Shown here: piece by piece, positions 40,817 through 50,537 of the stretch
Layout of the letters: the number at the start of each line of letters is the position of its first letter
Numbering within the stretch: the stretch's first letter is position 1
Source: Candidatus Latescibacterota bacterium
GTDB taxonomy: Bacteria; Latescibacterota; UBA2968; GCA-2709665
Assembly: GCA_965222075.1 (NCBI GenBank)
Contig: OZ244937.1
Location: 4,288,001-4,352,000 of the forward strand
Length of the DNA: 64,000 nucleotides
Reading direction: 5' to 3'
Program-made: the position numbers and the translations under genes
Notes under the pieces: model-generated
Told to the model about the DNA's origin: nothing
Databases searched by the model: none
The model's input: the letters and a program-made list of their open reading frames with translations, nothing else

Positions 40817-42055
40817 ATGCAAATCTCAAACAACGAAATCTACGACCTCATCATCGTAGGTGGAGGACCTGCCGGCGCCACCGCAGCCCTTTATGCCAGA
40901 CGCCACGGCCTGAAAACCCTCCTCCTGGACAGGGCCAGATTCCCCCGCGACAAAATCTGCGGCGACGCCCTCTCCGGCAAGGCAGTCACCGTCCTTCGGG
41001 ACCTGGGCCTTGTCAATAAAGTCAGCGATCTGCCCGGCGCCGTGGTCCACACCGTCACCTTTGGAAGCCCGGACCACACGGAGGCCGACGTCGACCTCAC
41101 CCGGTCCAACCGCCGGGACCTCCTCACCGGCTTTGTCATCCGCCGTCATATCTTCGACGCGTTTCTCTTCAGTGAAGCCCGAAACGTTGTCGATACCTGC
41201 ATCGAATCGTTCAACGTCCGCGACCTGATCGTGGAAAACGGACAGGTCTGCGGCGTTCGGGGCAAGCAGGCGGGCCGCCCGGAAACCGTCGACTTCAGGG
41301 GCCGCATCGTCCTGGGCGCGGACGGCTTCAACTCCATCGTCGCCAGAAAGACCGGGCTTTACAAACACGAACCGCGCCACTGGATCGTGGCCCTGCGCTG
41401 CTACTATCAGAACATCAAGGGGCTCACCGACCAGATCGAACTGCACTATGTTGACGCCATCATCCCCGGCTACTTCTGGATCTTCCCATTAGAAAACGGA
41501 TGCGCCAATGTCGGCATCGGCATGGTACACAAGTACCTCAAACGGCAAAACGTCGACCTGAAGATCGCCCTGGACCAGACCATCCACAGCCCCCACTTTA
41601 GAGGCCGTTTTGCAGACGCAGTCCCCCTGGAAGCGCCCGTGGGCTGGAACCTGCCGGTGGGCAGCAAACACCGCAAAACCTACGGCAGCGGCTTCATGCT
41701 CATCGGAGACTCCGCCGGTCTCATCGACCCCTTCACCGGAGAAGGCATCGGCAACGCCATGTACGCCGCCCGGTATGCCGTCCAATGCGCCAAAGAGGCC
41801 TACGACGCGGGCGACTTCAGCGAGAAATTCCTCTCCCGCTACGACACCCGCCTCTGGGACGACATCGGCGACGAGTTAAAAGTCAGCGCCCGGCTGCAGC
41901 AGGTCGGCCGCCTCCGCTTCCTGGTCAACTTTGTCATCCGAAAAGCCGAAAAAAGTCAGGAAGTCCGCGACATCCTCTGTGGCATGATGGCCAACGAAGC
42001 CCCCAAAAAACAGCTCGCCAACCCCCTCTTCTACCTCAAGCTCTTACTTGTGTGA
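40817..42055 (+). CDS. Geranylgeranyl reductase-family FAD oxidoreductase
   Basis: GGGPAG, FPRDKICGD, GADG, GYFWIFP, GDSAG..DPFTGEGI. Confidence 0.9.
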   Translation: MQISNNEIYDLIIVGGGPAGATAALYARRHGLKTLLLDRARFPRDKICGDALSGKAVTVLRDLGLVNKVSDLPGAVVHTVTFGSPDHTEADVDLTRSNRRDLLTGFVIRRHIFDAFLFSEARNVVDTCIESFNVRDLIVENGQVCGVRGKQAGRPETVDFRGRIVLGADGFNSIVARKTGLYKHEPRHWIVALRCYYQNIKGLTDQIELHYVDAIIPGYFWIFPLENGCANVGIGMVHKYLKRQNVDLKIALDQTIHSPHFRGRFADAVPLEAPVGWNLPVGSKHRKTYGSGFMLIGDSAGLIDPFTGEGIGNAMYAARYAVQCAKEAYDAGDFSEKFLSRYDTRLWDDIGDELKVSARLQQVGRLRFLVNFVIRKAEKSQEVRDILCGMMANEAPKKQLANPLFYLKLLLV

Positions 42056-42096
42056 ACGTGGAGATATCCCACGTAAACACCACGGCCCCGGAGGTT

Positions 42097-42582
42097 ATGT
42101 ATGTGTCCAAACAGTTCACCGCTCCCGGAAAGACCTGCTGCCGTTGACCTTTCAGTTTGCCGTGGCCGGACGGGAGATCGCTTATGTCGGGGGGGACTTT
42201 GAACTGCAAAAAGAGAACGATCCCCGCACCCTGTTTTACAGGGGAACCATCCTAGGAACCGCCGCTGGAAATCCGGCTCAAGGCCGCCGGCAAAACGGTA
42301 GGCGGAGAGGGGAAGGCGAATTTTCGGGATATATCACAGGACGTTTTCCACATCGAGGCCGAAAAGGACGGCCAGCGCAGTGTGATCAAGTCCAACGAAA
42401 TGGCCTGGAACCTCTCCACGTTCGATACCGGTGGGGAAGCGGCCGTTCCCGATGGGATCAGGGCGTTTATCTATACGGAGCGCGGGGTGTATCGTCCGGG
42501 AGATGAAATCAATCTTTCGGTGATCGCCCGGAACGAAGACCACACGTTTCCGGACGACCATCCGGCCGGTGGAAGTGGATGA
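42097..42582 (+). pseudogene. Fragmented bacterial alpha-2-macroglobulin remnant
   Basis: AFIYTERGVYRPGDEIN (MG2 motif) preceded by frameshifted fragments after a GGAGG-ATG. Confidence 0.7.
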
Positions 42583-42586
42583 CCAG

Positions 42587-42907
42587 CTATTCGGGTCCGG
42601 GAAAGAAATCCGCCCCCTGCATAATCATATCCTGCTGCTTCACAACCAGCCCCTCGACCCTGGGAAGGTAGTCGTTGGTCCACCGGGGGTCGTTGCGCAC
42701 GGCCTGGCGGGCCTTGTCAAAATGGGCGTAATCTTCGTACGCCCAGATGTGGATCACCTGGTTGAGGGGCCCAATGTCCGTATAGTACCAGCCAGCCAGC
42801 TTGACCCCGTGGTCTTGACGGATTTTGAGCGCCACCTCTCGAACCGCAGCCATATACTCGGGCACCGAGCTCGGCTTCAAATCGTAAATCCTCAAATCGT
42901 AAATCAT
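42587..42907 (-). CDS. NIPSNAP family protein
   Basis: YDLRIYDLKP, GWYYTDIG.LNQVIHIWAY. Confidence 0.9.
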   Translation of the reverse strand: MIYDLRIYDLKPSSVPEYMAAVREVALKIRQDHGVKLAGWYYTDIGPLNQVIHIWAYEDYAHFDKARQAVRNDPRWTNDYLPRVEGLVVKQQDMIMQGADFFPGPE

Positions 42908-43010
42908 CAAACACCTCCTGAACTGTTGGTGCCAAAAAAACAGAGCGTAAGAGCCCCTCCGGACGCTTACGCTCTTTGATTTTGAAGTTTCGTACTGCTC
43001 ACTCTGGCAC

Positions 43011-44318
43011 TTACCTCTCCTCCATCGGCACATAATCCCGCTCGTCGGCCCCGATGTAGACCTGTCGCGGGCGGGTGATCTTCTGCTCCTTGTCCTGGAG
43101 CATCTCCCGCCACTGCGCCAGCCATCCCGACGTCCGGCCAATGGCAAACATCACCGTCATCATATCCGTGGGTAGCCCCATCGCCTGGTAGATGATCCCC
43201 GAATAGAAATCAACGTTCGGATAGAGCTTGCGGGAGACAAAAAACGTGTCTTCCAGCGCAATCCTTTCCAGCTCCAGCGCAATATCGATCAGTGGATTTT
43301 TTCCGGTCGCCTCGAACACGTCGTGGGCAGTCTGCTTGATAATCTGGGCCCTCGGGTCGTAATTCTTATACACCCGGTGTCCGAAACCCTGCAGCAGGAC
43401 TTCTCTGTTCTTCACCCGCTTGATATAGGCCGGCACGTTCTCCTTGGATTCGATCTCGGCCAACATCTTCAGCACCGCCTCGTTCGCCCCACCGTGTAAA
43501 GGTCCATAAAGCGAACCCGCCGAACCCGCCATCGCCGAATAAGGGTCGGCACGCCCGCTGCCAATACCACGCATCGTACTCGTACTGCAGTTCTGCTCAT
43601 GGTCGGCATGCAGAATAAACAGCACCTCCAGCGCCCGTTCCGTAACCGGATTGGCTGTATAGGCCTTCTCCGGTGAACCGAACAACATATTCAGAAAATT
43701 AGCACAATAACCCTGGCTGCTGTCCGGTGCGACATAAGGGAGTCCCCGGCTGCGCCGGTACACCAGAGCCCCAACCGTCGCCACATTCCCGACCAACCGA
43801 CGGATGTGCACATCCCAGGCCTTCTCATCGGAAATATCCCGTGCATTGGCGTAAAATGTAGACAGACTACCCAGCATCCCGACCAGCATCCCCACCGTAT
43901 GAGAGCCTTCTTGAAACCCATCCATCAGCTTCAGGATGTTCTCGTCAAGCACCGTATGTTCCATCACCGCCCTTACCCACTCATCACACTGCTGGGCTGT
44001 GGGCAATTCTCCGTATAAAAGCAAATAGGCCGTCTCCAAGTAGCTGCCCTGCTCCGCGAGCTGCTCGATCGGGTACCCACGATACCGCAAAATTCCTTTC
44101 TCCCCATCAATAAAGGTAACCGTACTTTGACACGAGGCCGTATTGAGGTACGCCGGGTCGTAGCCCAGAAGCCCAAAATCGTTCTCCGAATGCTTGATCT
44201 GTCTCAGGTCTGCCGTTCGAATCGCCGAGCCATATTCGGGATAGGTCCCGTGAAAAATCGGGACCTCGTAGGTCTTACCTGTTCGATTGTCGATAATCGT
44301 GAGCGAATCCTTGCCCAT
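43011..44318 (-). CDS. gltA: Citrate synthase
   Basis: GILRYRGYPIEQL, HADHEQNCST, GPLHGGAN, GFGHRVYK, YPNVDFYSG. Confidence 0.97.
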   Translation of the reverse strand: MGKDSLTIIDNRTGKTYEVPIFHGTYPEYGSAIRTADLRQIKHSENDFGLLGYDPAYLNTASCQSTVTFIDGEKGILRYRGYPIEQLAEQGSYLETAYLLLYGELPTAQQCDEWVRAVMEHTVLDENILKLMDGFQEGSHTVGMLVGMLGSLSTFYANARDISDEKAWDVHIRRLVGNVATVGALVYRRSRGLPYVAPDSSQGYCANFLNMLFGSPEKAYTANPVTERALEVLFILHADHEQNCSTSTMRGIGSGRADPYSAMAGSAGSLYGPLHGGANEAVLKMLAEIESKENVPAYIKRVKNREVLLQGFGHRVYKNYDPRAQIIKQTAHDVFEATGKNPLIDIALELERIALEDTFFVSRKLYPNVDFYSGIIYQAMGLPTDMMTVMFAIGRTSGWLAQWREMLQDKEQKITRPRQVYIGADERDYVPMEER

Positions 44319-44377
44319 AAACAGCTCCTTTCGCTATAATCTTTGAAACAGACTTTGAAACAGACTTTTCGCTTTCG

Positions 44378-45088
44378 TCAGGCTCGAACCACGTAAATTA
44401 CGCTCTCCAAGGGCCTGCCGGACGGATCGTAATCACACGCCTCCCGGAGCTCAACCCCTCCGAAAACCTCCCGAAGCGCCTTCTTGTACGGTTGACTGAG
44501 CGTGTGAGACCAGACCCCCAGCACCCCCCCGGACCTCAACCGGGTCCTGAGGATGCCCAGCATCGACAGGCTGTATGCACGGCGGTTCTCGCCCCGCACA
44601 ACCCAGTCCGGCCCATTGTCGATATCGATTGCAATCCCGTGGTAGCTCCGGGGGTTGCCGTGTACATAATCGCAAAAGTCCCCCACCACCACCCGGGTGC
44701 GCGGATCGTCCAGAATCTCGCCGTTGCCCAGGTACGTCCGGTTCCACGCCACAATCTGGGGCTCCAGCTCAATCACGCAGACCGTCCGGACGCCGGGATA
44801 GGTGAGCGCCTGACGCAGGGCGAACCCCATCCCGAGCCCCCCGATCAGGAGGTCCATGTTCCGGCGGGTAGCCACCCCCTCCAGCACCACATCCATCAGC
44901 ACCCGGCATGAGGGGGCATTATAAGTCGCCATCAGGAACACCCCGTTGAAAACGAGTTCGTAATGGGTCTCTCCCTCCCCCTTACGCGCCGCAAGCTGAA
45001 GCTCCCCGGCACGGGTGGTCAACCGTTCCACAACCCGCCGTTCATCCCGTTCCATGGGGTATCCCTGAGCAATATCCGAATGCACCAA
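44378..45088 (-). CDS. Spermidine synthase-like class I SAM methyltransferase (start uncertain; ATG 45055 possible)
   Basis: LIGGLGMGF, ELEP, DIDNGP, GGVLGVWS. Confidence 0.85.
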   Translation of the reverse strand: MVHSDIAQGYPMERDERRVVERLTTRAGELQLAARKGEGETHYELVFNGVFLMATYNAPSCRVLMDVVLEGVATRRNMDLLIGGLGMGFALRQALTYPGVRTVCVIELEPQIVAWNRTYLGNGEILDDPRTRVVVGDFCDYVHGNPRSYHGIAIDIDNGPDWVVRGENRRAYSLSMLGILRTRLRSGGVLGVWSHTLSQPYKKALREVFGGVELREACDYDPSGRPLESVIYVVRA

Positions 45089-45292
45089 CTCCCCTCAGCG
45101 TCCATTGGAATTCCCATCCAGATAGCATAGAATAAGATAGAATTAGAATTAAAAATCTCCAAATAATTTCGGAAGCGCCCTACGACCTTCAACATCGATT
45201 TTTTAAGCCGCTAATTTTCTTGACTTTTCGTCTCCCTTCCCCTTAGATTAAGGCGTGTGCGCCCCCCACATCCAACCGAACGAAAGGAACAC

Positions 45293-46162
45293 ATGCCTTC
45301 CCCGGCAGACCCAATATCCAGTACGTTTTCCTGCCTTTCCGAGGCCGTCGGTATCGAGCTGATCAATCCTCACATCCCCCGGGGTCGGATCCATTCTGTC
45401 CTCTTCGACTTCGACGGTACCATCTCCCTCATACGGGAAGGCTGGCGGGACATCATGGTCCCTATGATGGTCGAAATCCTCGCAGAGCTCAACACCGGCG
45501 AGACCCGGGCGGCGCTCACCGCCGTCGTGACCGGATTTGTAGACCGCCTCACCGGCCAGCAGACCATTTACCAGATGCTCCGACTCTGTGAACAGATCCG
45601 GAAGCGGGGCGGATCGCCCGCTTCTCCCTTAGACTACAAACACTGCTACCACGACCGGCTCCTGCAGCACATCGAAGGCCGTCTCGCCGGCCTCGAATCG
45701 GGCGCGGTTGCCTCCGAAGATCTCATGCTCCCCGGCACCCTCGACCTCCTCGAAAACCTCCAACACCGGGGATTGGTCCTCTACTTAGCCAGTGGCACCG
45801 ATGTCGACTACGTCCGCAGCGAAGCCGACCTCCTTGGCGTTGCCCCATACTTCCAGGGCCGGATCTTCGGCGCGCTGGATCAGTACCGAAATTTCTCCAA
45901 GGCTATGCTCATCCAGGACATCCTTCGTGCCCACAACCTGAAAGGCGGCGAACTCCTCGGCTTTGGAGACGGATACGTCGAAATCGAAAACGTCAAGGAA
46001 GCCGGAGGCATCGCCGTCGGCGTCGCCTCCGACGAGGTCCGCCGGGAAGGCGTCAACGCCCGGAAGCGCGAACGTCTCGTCCGGGCCGGCGCAGACCTCG
46101 TCATCCCCGAGTACAGGGAACAGGACCGTCTTGTCGCCTATCTCTGTAACGATCACCCCTAA
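45293..46162 (+). CDS. HAD-family hydrolase
   Basis: FDFDGT, LASGT, GFGDG motifs. Confidence 0.88.
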   Translation: MPSPADPISSTFSCLSEAVGIELINPHIPRGRIHSVLFDFDGTISLIREGWRDIMVPMMVEILAELNTGETRAALTAVVTGFVDRLTGQQTIYQMLRLCEQIRKRGGSPASPLDYKHCYHDRLLQHIEGRLAGLESGAVASEDLMLPGTLDLLENLQHRGLVLYLASGTDVDYVRSEADLLGVAPYFQGRIFGALDQYRNFSKAMLIQDILRAHNLKGGELLGFGDGYVEIENVKEAGGIAVGVASDEVRREGVNARKRERLVRAGADLVIPEYREQDRLVAYLCNDHP

Positions 46163-46258
46163 ATGGTCCTCTCGCTAAATCTTGCGAATGTCCAGGCTCC
46201 AGCCACCGTACTACGGGGTTCCTATCTGCGTTCATCTGCGTTCACCCGTGGTTTCACA

Positions 46259-47302
46259 ATGACCCTCGAAGACCTCCAGACCCTCCTCCACAAATTCGCC
46301 GATCTCTCCATCCTCGTCGTGGGCGACTACTTCCTGGACCGCTACCTCATCATCGACCCCGACCTGGCTGAGATCTCCCTTGAAACGGGCCTCGAAGCCC
46401 GTCAGGTCACCCAAATCCGAAACAGCCCGGGCGCCGCCGGCACCGTCACCTCCAACCTCTGCGCCCTCGGCGTGGGCCGGGTCCGGGCGCTGGGGATCAT
46501 CGGCGGCGACGGCCAGGGCCACGACCTCAAGGCCGGCCTGAGGGCCACCGGCGTGGACATCTGGGATCTCATCGAGGTCTCCGGCCGGTTTACCCCCACC
46601 TACACCAAGCCCCTGCTCAAGACCACCGGCGGTGAAATGGAACGGCTCGACATTAAAAACAGGACGCCCGTGCCCCCCAACCTGGAAACCCAGCTCATCA
46701 ACGCCCTCCGAAAAGCCGTCCCCCACGTGCAGGGAATCATCGTTCTCGATCAGGTGCAGGAACGCAACTGCGGCGTCATCACCGACCGCGTCCGGGAGGA
46801 ACTCGCCCACCTGGGCCGGACCTGTCCCCAGGATATCTTCTTCGCCGACTCCCGCACCCGCATTGGGGAATTTCGGAACGTCATCGTCAAATCCAACCGT
46901 GAAGAAGCCGTTCGGGCGTCCCTCGCCCACCATACCGGACCGGTGGACCGGACCCTGCTAAAAACCTGTGCCTGCACCTTCTCGAAGCGCACTGGCCGTC
47001 CCGTCTACATCACTCTCGGCCCCCACGGCATCCTCTGTGCCGAGGCCGGGGGCCTCCACCACATCCCCGGCATCCCCGTACCCGATCCCATCGACATCGT
47101 AGGCGCCGGAGACAGCGTCTCTGCAGGCGTCGTTTCCGCCCTCTGCGCCGGCGCATCTTTCGCTGAGGCCGCCCTCCTCGGCGTCCTCGTCTCCTCCATC
47201 ACCATCCAGCAGCTTGGCACCACCGGCACCGCCTCACCCGACCAGATCCTCCAGCGCTTTGCCCAGACCTACCCCCACGGCTGGCCCGCCCCCACCGCAT
47301 AA
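46259..47302 (+). CDS. PfkB-family carbohydrate kinase (HldE/RfaE kinase-like)
   Basis: VVGDYFLDRY, PGAAGTV, DIVGAGD. Confidence 0.88.
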   Translation: MTLEDLQTLLHKFADLSILVVGDYFLDRYLIIDPDLAEISLETGLEARQVTQIRNSPGAAGTVTSNLCALGVGRVRALGIIGGDGQGHDLKAGLRATGVDIWDLIEVSGRFTPTYTKPLLKTTGGEMERLDIKNRTPVPPNLETQLINALRKAVPHVQGIIVLDQVQERNCGVITDRVREELAHLGRTCPQDIFFADSRTRIGEFRNVIVKSNREEAVRASLAHHTGPVDRTLLKTCACTFSKRTGRPVYITLGPHGILCAEAGGLHHIPGIPVPDPIDIVGAGDSVSAGVVSALCAGASFAEAALLGVLVSSITIQQLGTTGTASPDQILQRFAQTYPHGWPAPTA

Positions 47303-47364
47303 ATCCAACCGCCAAAAACAGTGTCCAAACGAGCATTATCTTCTGCTGTCTGCCGTCTTACCCC

Positions 47365-47393
47365 TTGACCAACCGCCCCTATAGGGCTATACT
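47365..47393 (+). promoter_or_regulatory. Sigma70-type promoter for the McrB-like gene
   Basis: TTGACC-17 nt-TATACT. Confidence 0.65.
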
Positions 47394-47439
47394 TCTTTTA
47401 TCAGGACAGACTACCGAGAACCCTCCCCGGAGAACGATT

Positions 47440-49269
47440 ATGCACAGGGTCCTGGTTGTAGACGACGATCCCGCCCTGCTCACCTTTGCCGGGTTTACCG
47501 CCAACGACTTCCACGCGTGCAACACCACCCGCATGGGCGCCGAACACCTCCAGCGGCGCATGGAGGCCCTCAAAGACCGGCTTGCTCCCGCTGTTGCAGA
47601 ATGCGATCCCGACCTGGTGCCGGTCGTCTCGCCCATCTACACCACCAGCGGCTTCCGCCCCAACCGGGACCGTCCCCGGGACCACGCCTGCCTCTACTTC
47701 GTCGACCGCCGCCTCAAAAAAAGCTCCTTCCCCCGACTCCCTCAGCTTGGTCTCTACCTCCACAAGACCTCCCTCTCGGTCGGCTTCTATGCCGGCTGGT
47801 GGCCCCGCCCCGCCCTCCGCCATCTCCTCTCCGACACCTGCAAGTTTCACAGGCTCGTCCCCCGCAGGGGCTACCGCATCCTCGCCGGCGACATCATCCT
47901 CGCTTCCCCAAACCGTTCCCTGCCCTGGTCTCCCGCAAGGTTGAAAGGGGTTGACCGTCCCATCTTCGTCGGTCGCATCTTCTCTCCCGACAGCCCCGAG
48001 ATCGCTGCCCCTGAAATCTGCGACCGAATCCTCGACATCTTCCAGGACCTCCACCCCCTCTACAGGGTCTTTACCGAGGCCCGCACCAGCCGATCCCTCG
48101 CTCCGGCCGTCTACCGCCCCGAACCGCCCGATCCCGACCTCGTCCGCGAATCCCTCGCCCCCAAAGGGGCCGACCTCCTCCTCGACCTCTACCGCTACAT
48201 GCAAACCCGGAGGTTCCAGATCGAGCAGGACATGCTCTTTAACCTCTACCTTTGCCTCAAGGCCAAACCCTTCCTCATCCTTGCCGGCATCTCGGGGACT
48301 GGAAAAAGCACCGTCATCCGCCTCTTGGCCGAGGCCGTCAACGGCACCGAAAACGGGCGCGCGAAAGGCTACCGGCTCATCCCCGTCCGCCCCGACTGGC
48401 ACGAAACCCGGGACCTGCTCGGCTTTGAAAACCTCCTTACCGGAACCTACCGCACCGGCGCCCTTCTCAGGGCCATGCAGGAGGCCGCAGCCGAACCCGA
48501 CCGCCCCTACTTCGTCTGCTTCGACGAAATGAACCTCGCCCGCGTGGAACACTACTTCTCCGACTTCCTCAGCGTCATGGAAACCGAGCGGCGCACCCCC
48601 CAAGGCGACCGCACCACCGACCCGATCGAACTCGCCCAGGGCCGCGACGAAATCGAAACCGAAGACCTTGGCACCCTCCCCGCCCGCCTCTCCATCCCCC
48701 CCAACCTCTTTATCACCGGCACCGTCAACATGGACGAAACCACCTACACCTTTAGCCCCAAAGTCCTCGACCGGGCCAACACAATCGCCTTCGACCGGGT
48801 CAACTTCGACCTCCACACCGAGGGTCCCGAACCCAAAATCGACTCCGGCGCCCTCCAAGCCCTCGGCCTGACCCTCTGCGACCGGCCCTACCGCCACCTC
48901 GGTGACGTCCAGGCCCGGCCCGACGTCACCGCATGGAACCGTCCCATCGGTCAGGTCAACGCCCTCCTCGCCCCCGAAGACCTCCACTTCGGCTACCGCA
49001 TCCGCGACGAAATCCTCATCTACATGGCCTATGCCCTCGACCTCATCGAAGCCCTCCCGGAGGCCGCGCGCGTCTTCACCCCAGACAACGCCTTCGACTA
49101 CCAGATCCTCCAGAAAATTCTCCCCCGCCTCACCGGCGTGGGAGAAGAAGCCGCCGACATTCTCGACGCCCTCATCGACTTCTGCGGCAATACCTACCCC
49201 CGCTCTGTGAATAAACTCCAGCGCATGCGCCGCCGCCTCGACCGGACCGGATTTACGAGCTTCTGGTAA
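47440..49269 (+). CDS. mcrB: McrB-family AAA+ GTPase with atypical N-terminal domain
   Basis: GISGTGKS (Walker A), VRPDW, FDEMNLARVEHYFS (Walker B), GTVNMDE, FSPKVLDRAN, QKILPRL. Confidence 0.88.
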   Translation: MHRVLVVDDDPALLTFAGFTANDFHACNTTRMGAEHLQRRMEALKDRLAPAVAECDPDLVPVVSPIYTTSGFRPNRDRPRDHACLYFVDRRLKKSSFPRLPQLGLYLHKTSLSVGFYAGWWPRPALRHLLSDTCKFHRLVPRRGYRILAGDIILASPNRSLPWSPARLKGVDRPIFVGRIFSPDSPEIAAPEICDRILDIFQDLHPLYRVFTEARTSRSLAPAVYRPEPPDPDLVRESLAPKGADLLLDLYRYMQTRRFQIEQDMLFNLYLCLKAKPFLILAGISGTGKSTVIRLLAEAVNGTENGRAKGYRLIPVRPDWHETRDLLGFENLLTGTYRTGALLRAMQEAAAEPDRPYFVCFDEMNLARVEHYFSDFLSVMETERRTPQGDRTTDPIELAQGRDEIETEDLGTLPARLSIPPNLFITGTVNMDETTYTFSPKVLDRANTIAFDRVNFDLHTEGPEPKIDSGALQALGLTLCDRPYRHLGDVQARPDVTAWNRPIGQVNALLAPEDLHFGYRIRDEILIYMAYALDLIEALPEAARVFTPDNAFDYQILQKILPRLTGVGEEAADILDALIDFCGNTYPRSVNKLQRMRRRLDRTGFTSFW

Positions 49270-49346
49270 TAAAAAATCCGGACAGGCCGGATGAAAAAGA
49301 TTCGTCTTGGAGGCGTCGGGTTGGGCCAATTTTCAATTCCCATACC

Positions 49347-50498
49347 CTACCAGTCCGCCACGCTGCCGTCAGACGCGTAGTAGAATTCTCCGCCCAACTC
49401 TTCCTCATAGATCCCGCAGTCCTGTTCGGCCTCCTTCTTGTCGATCTCAAAGCCCAGACCGGGCGTCGCGGGCAAATCGATGTGGCCGTCCCTCACCTCC
49501 CAGTCCTCCTTCAGCAGCCCGCCGCCCAGACTCTGATCGACCTGTTCCTGGATTAGAAAGTTCGGAACCACGGCGTCCACCTGAAGCGAGGCTGAAAACG
49601 CCACTGGCCCGATAGCGCAGTGGGGCAGGATGTGCATGTAGTAAACCTCGCCCATGTTCGCCACCTTCTTAAGCTCCGTAATCCCGCCAACGTGCGACGT
49701 ATCGGGCTGAAGGTAGGCAACTGCCTGCTTCTCGAAAATCTCGCGGAATCCCCAGCGGGTCAGCAGGCGCTCCCCGGTCGCAATTGGAAACGGTGCCCGG
49801 TCTGAGACCAGCTTCAATGCGTCCACGTTCTCCTGCGGCACCGGCTCCTCCACAAACATCGGCCGCATCCCTTTCAGTTCGTGGCAAATCTCAACCGCAA
49901 GCGCCGGCGTCATCTTCCCGTGGAAATCAAACGCCAGCTCCACATCCGGCCCCACCCACTCCCGCATCAAGTACGCCCGCTCCACAAACGCGTCGATCAC
50001 GGCCGGCGGCTCGTGCCCCCGCCACTTGCCCCCCGGGCCGGACTTGAACGCCTTGTAGCCCCCTTTGCGCTGAAGCTGGTCGAGACGCGCCTTTGCGGCG
50101 GCCTTCCCTTCGTCAGTCAGGCTTCCAATGCCCCAGTGCGCGTACACCCGGATACGCTCCCGAACCGCGCCCCCCAGCAGCTGGTGCACCGGCGCGCCAT
50201 AATGCTTCCCCGCAATATCCCACAGCGCCTGGTCGATACCGGACAGCGCGGTCATCAGCACCGGCCCGCCCCGGAAGAAGGCCGACCGGTAAATGTGTTG
50301 CCAGTGGTGTTCTATCCGCAGTGGATCCTTCCCGATGAGGTAGTCGGCAAGTTCCTCCACCGCCGCAGCGGTGCTCTTCGGCTTGCCCTCCAGCGTCGTC
50401 TCCCCCCACCCCACCAGACCCGTATCGGTCGTAATTTTGACAAGCCGTACCCGTCTGCGGGGAAAGAACTGATCGATTCTGGCAATCTTCAATGCCAT
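49347..50498 (-). CDS. dgoD: Galactonate dehydratase-like enolase-superfamily enzyme
   Basis: GWGE, RGGPVLMTALSGIDQALWDIAGK, DFHG, EEP, TGER, PH. Confidence 0.8.
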   Translation of the reverse strand: MALKIARIDQFFPRRRVRLVKITTDTGLVGWGETTLEGKPKSTAAAVEELADYLIGKDPLRIEHHWQHIYRSAFFRGGPVLMTALSGIDQALWDIAGKHYGAPVHQLLGGAVRERIRVYAHWGIGSLTDEGKAAAKARLDQLQRKGGYKAFKSGPGGKWRGHEPPAVIDAFVERAYLMREWVGPDVELAFDFHGKMTPALAVEICHELKGMRPMFVEEPVPQENVDALKLVSDRAPFPIATGERLLTRWGFREIFEKQAVAYLQPDTSHVGGITELKKVANMGEVYYMHILPHCAIGPVAFSASLQVDAVVPNFLIQEQVDQSLGGGLLKEDWEVRDGHIDLPATPGLGFEIDKKEAEQDCGIYEEELGGEFYYASDGSVADW

Positions 50499-50537
50499 AC
50501 CCCCCTTTCCGGATCATTCCGCTTGGATCAAGCAACC

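Noticed and set aside
47401-49329. Long antisense ORFs (642 aa here; also 52468-54126, 18309-19337, 54617-55825 and others)
   Set aside because: Shadow frames of GC-rich real genes with no recognisable motifs.
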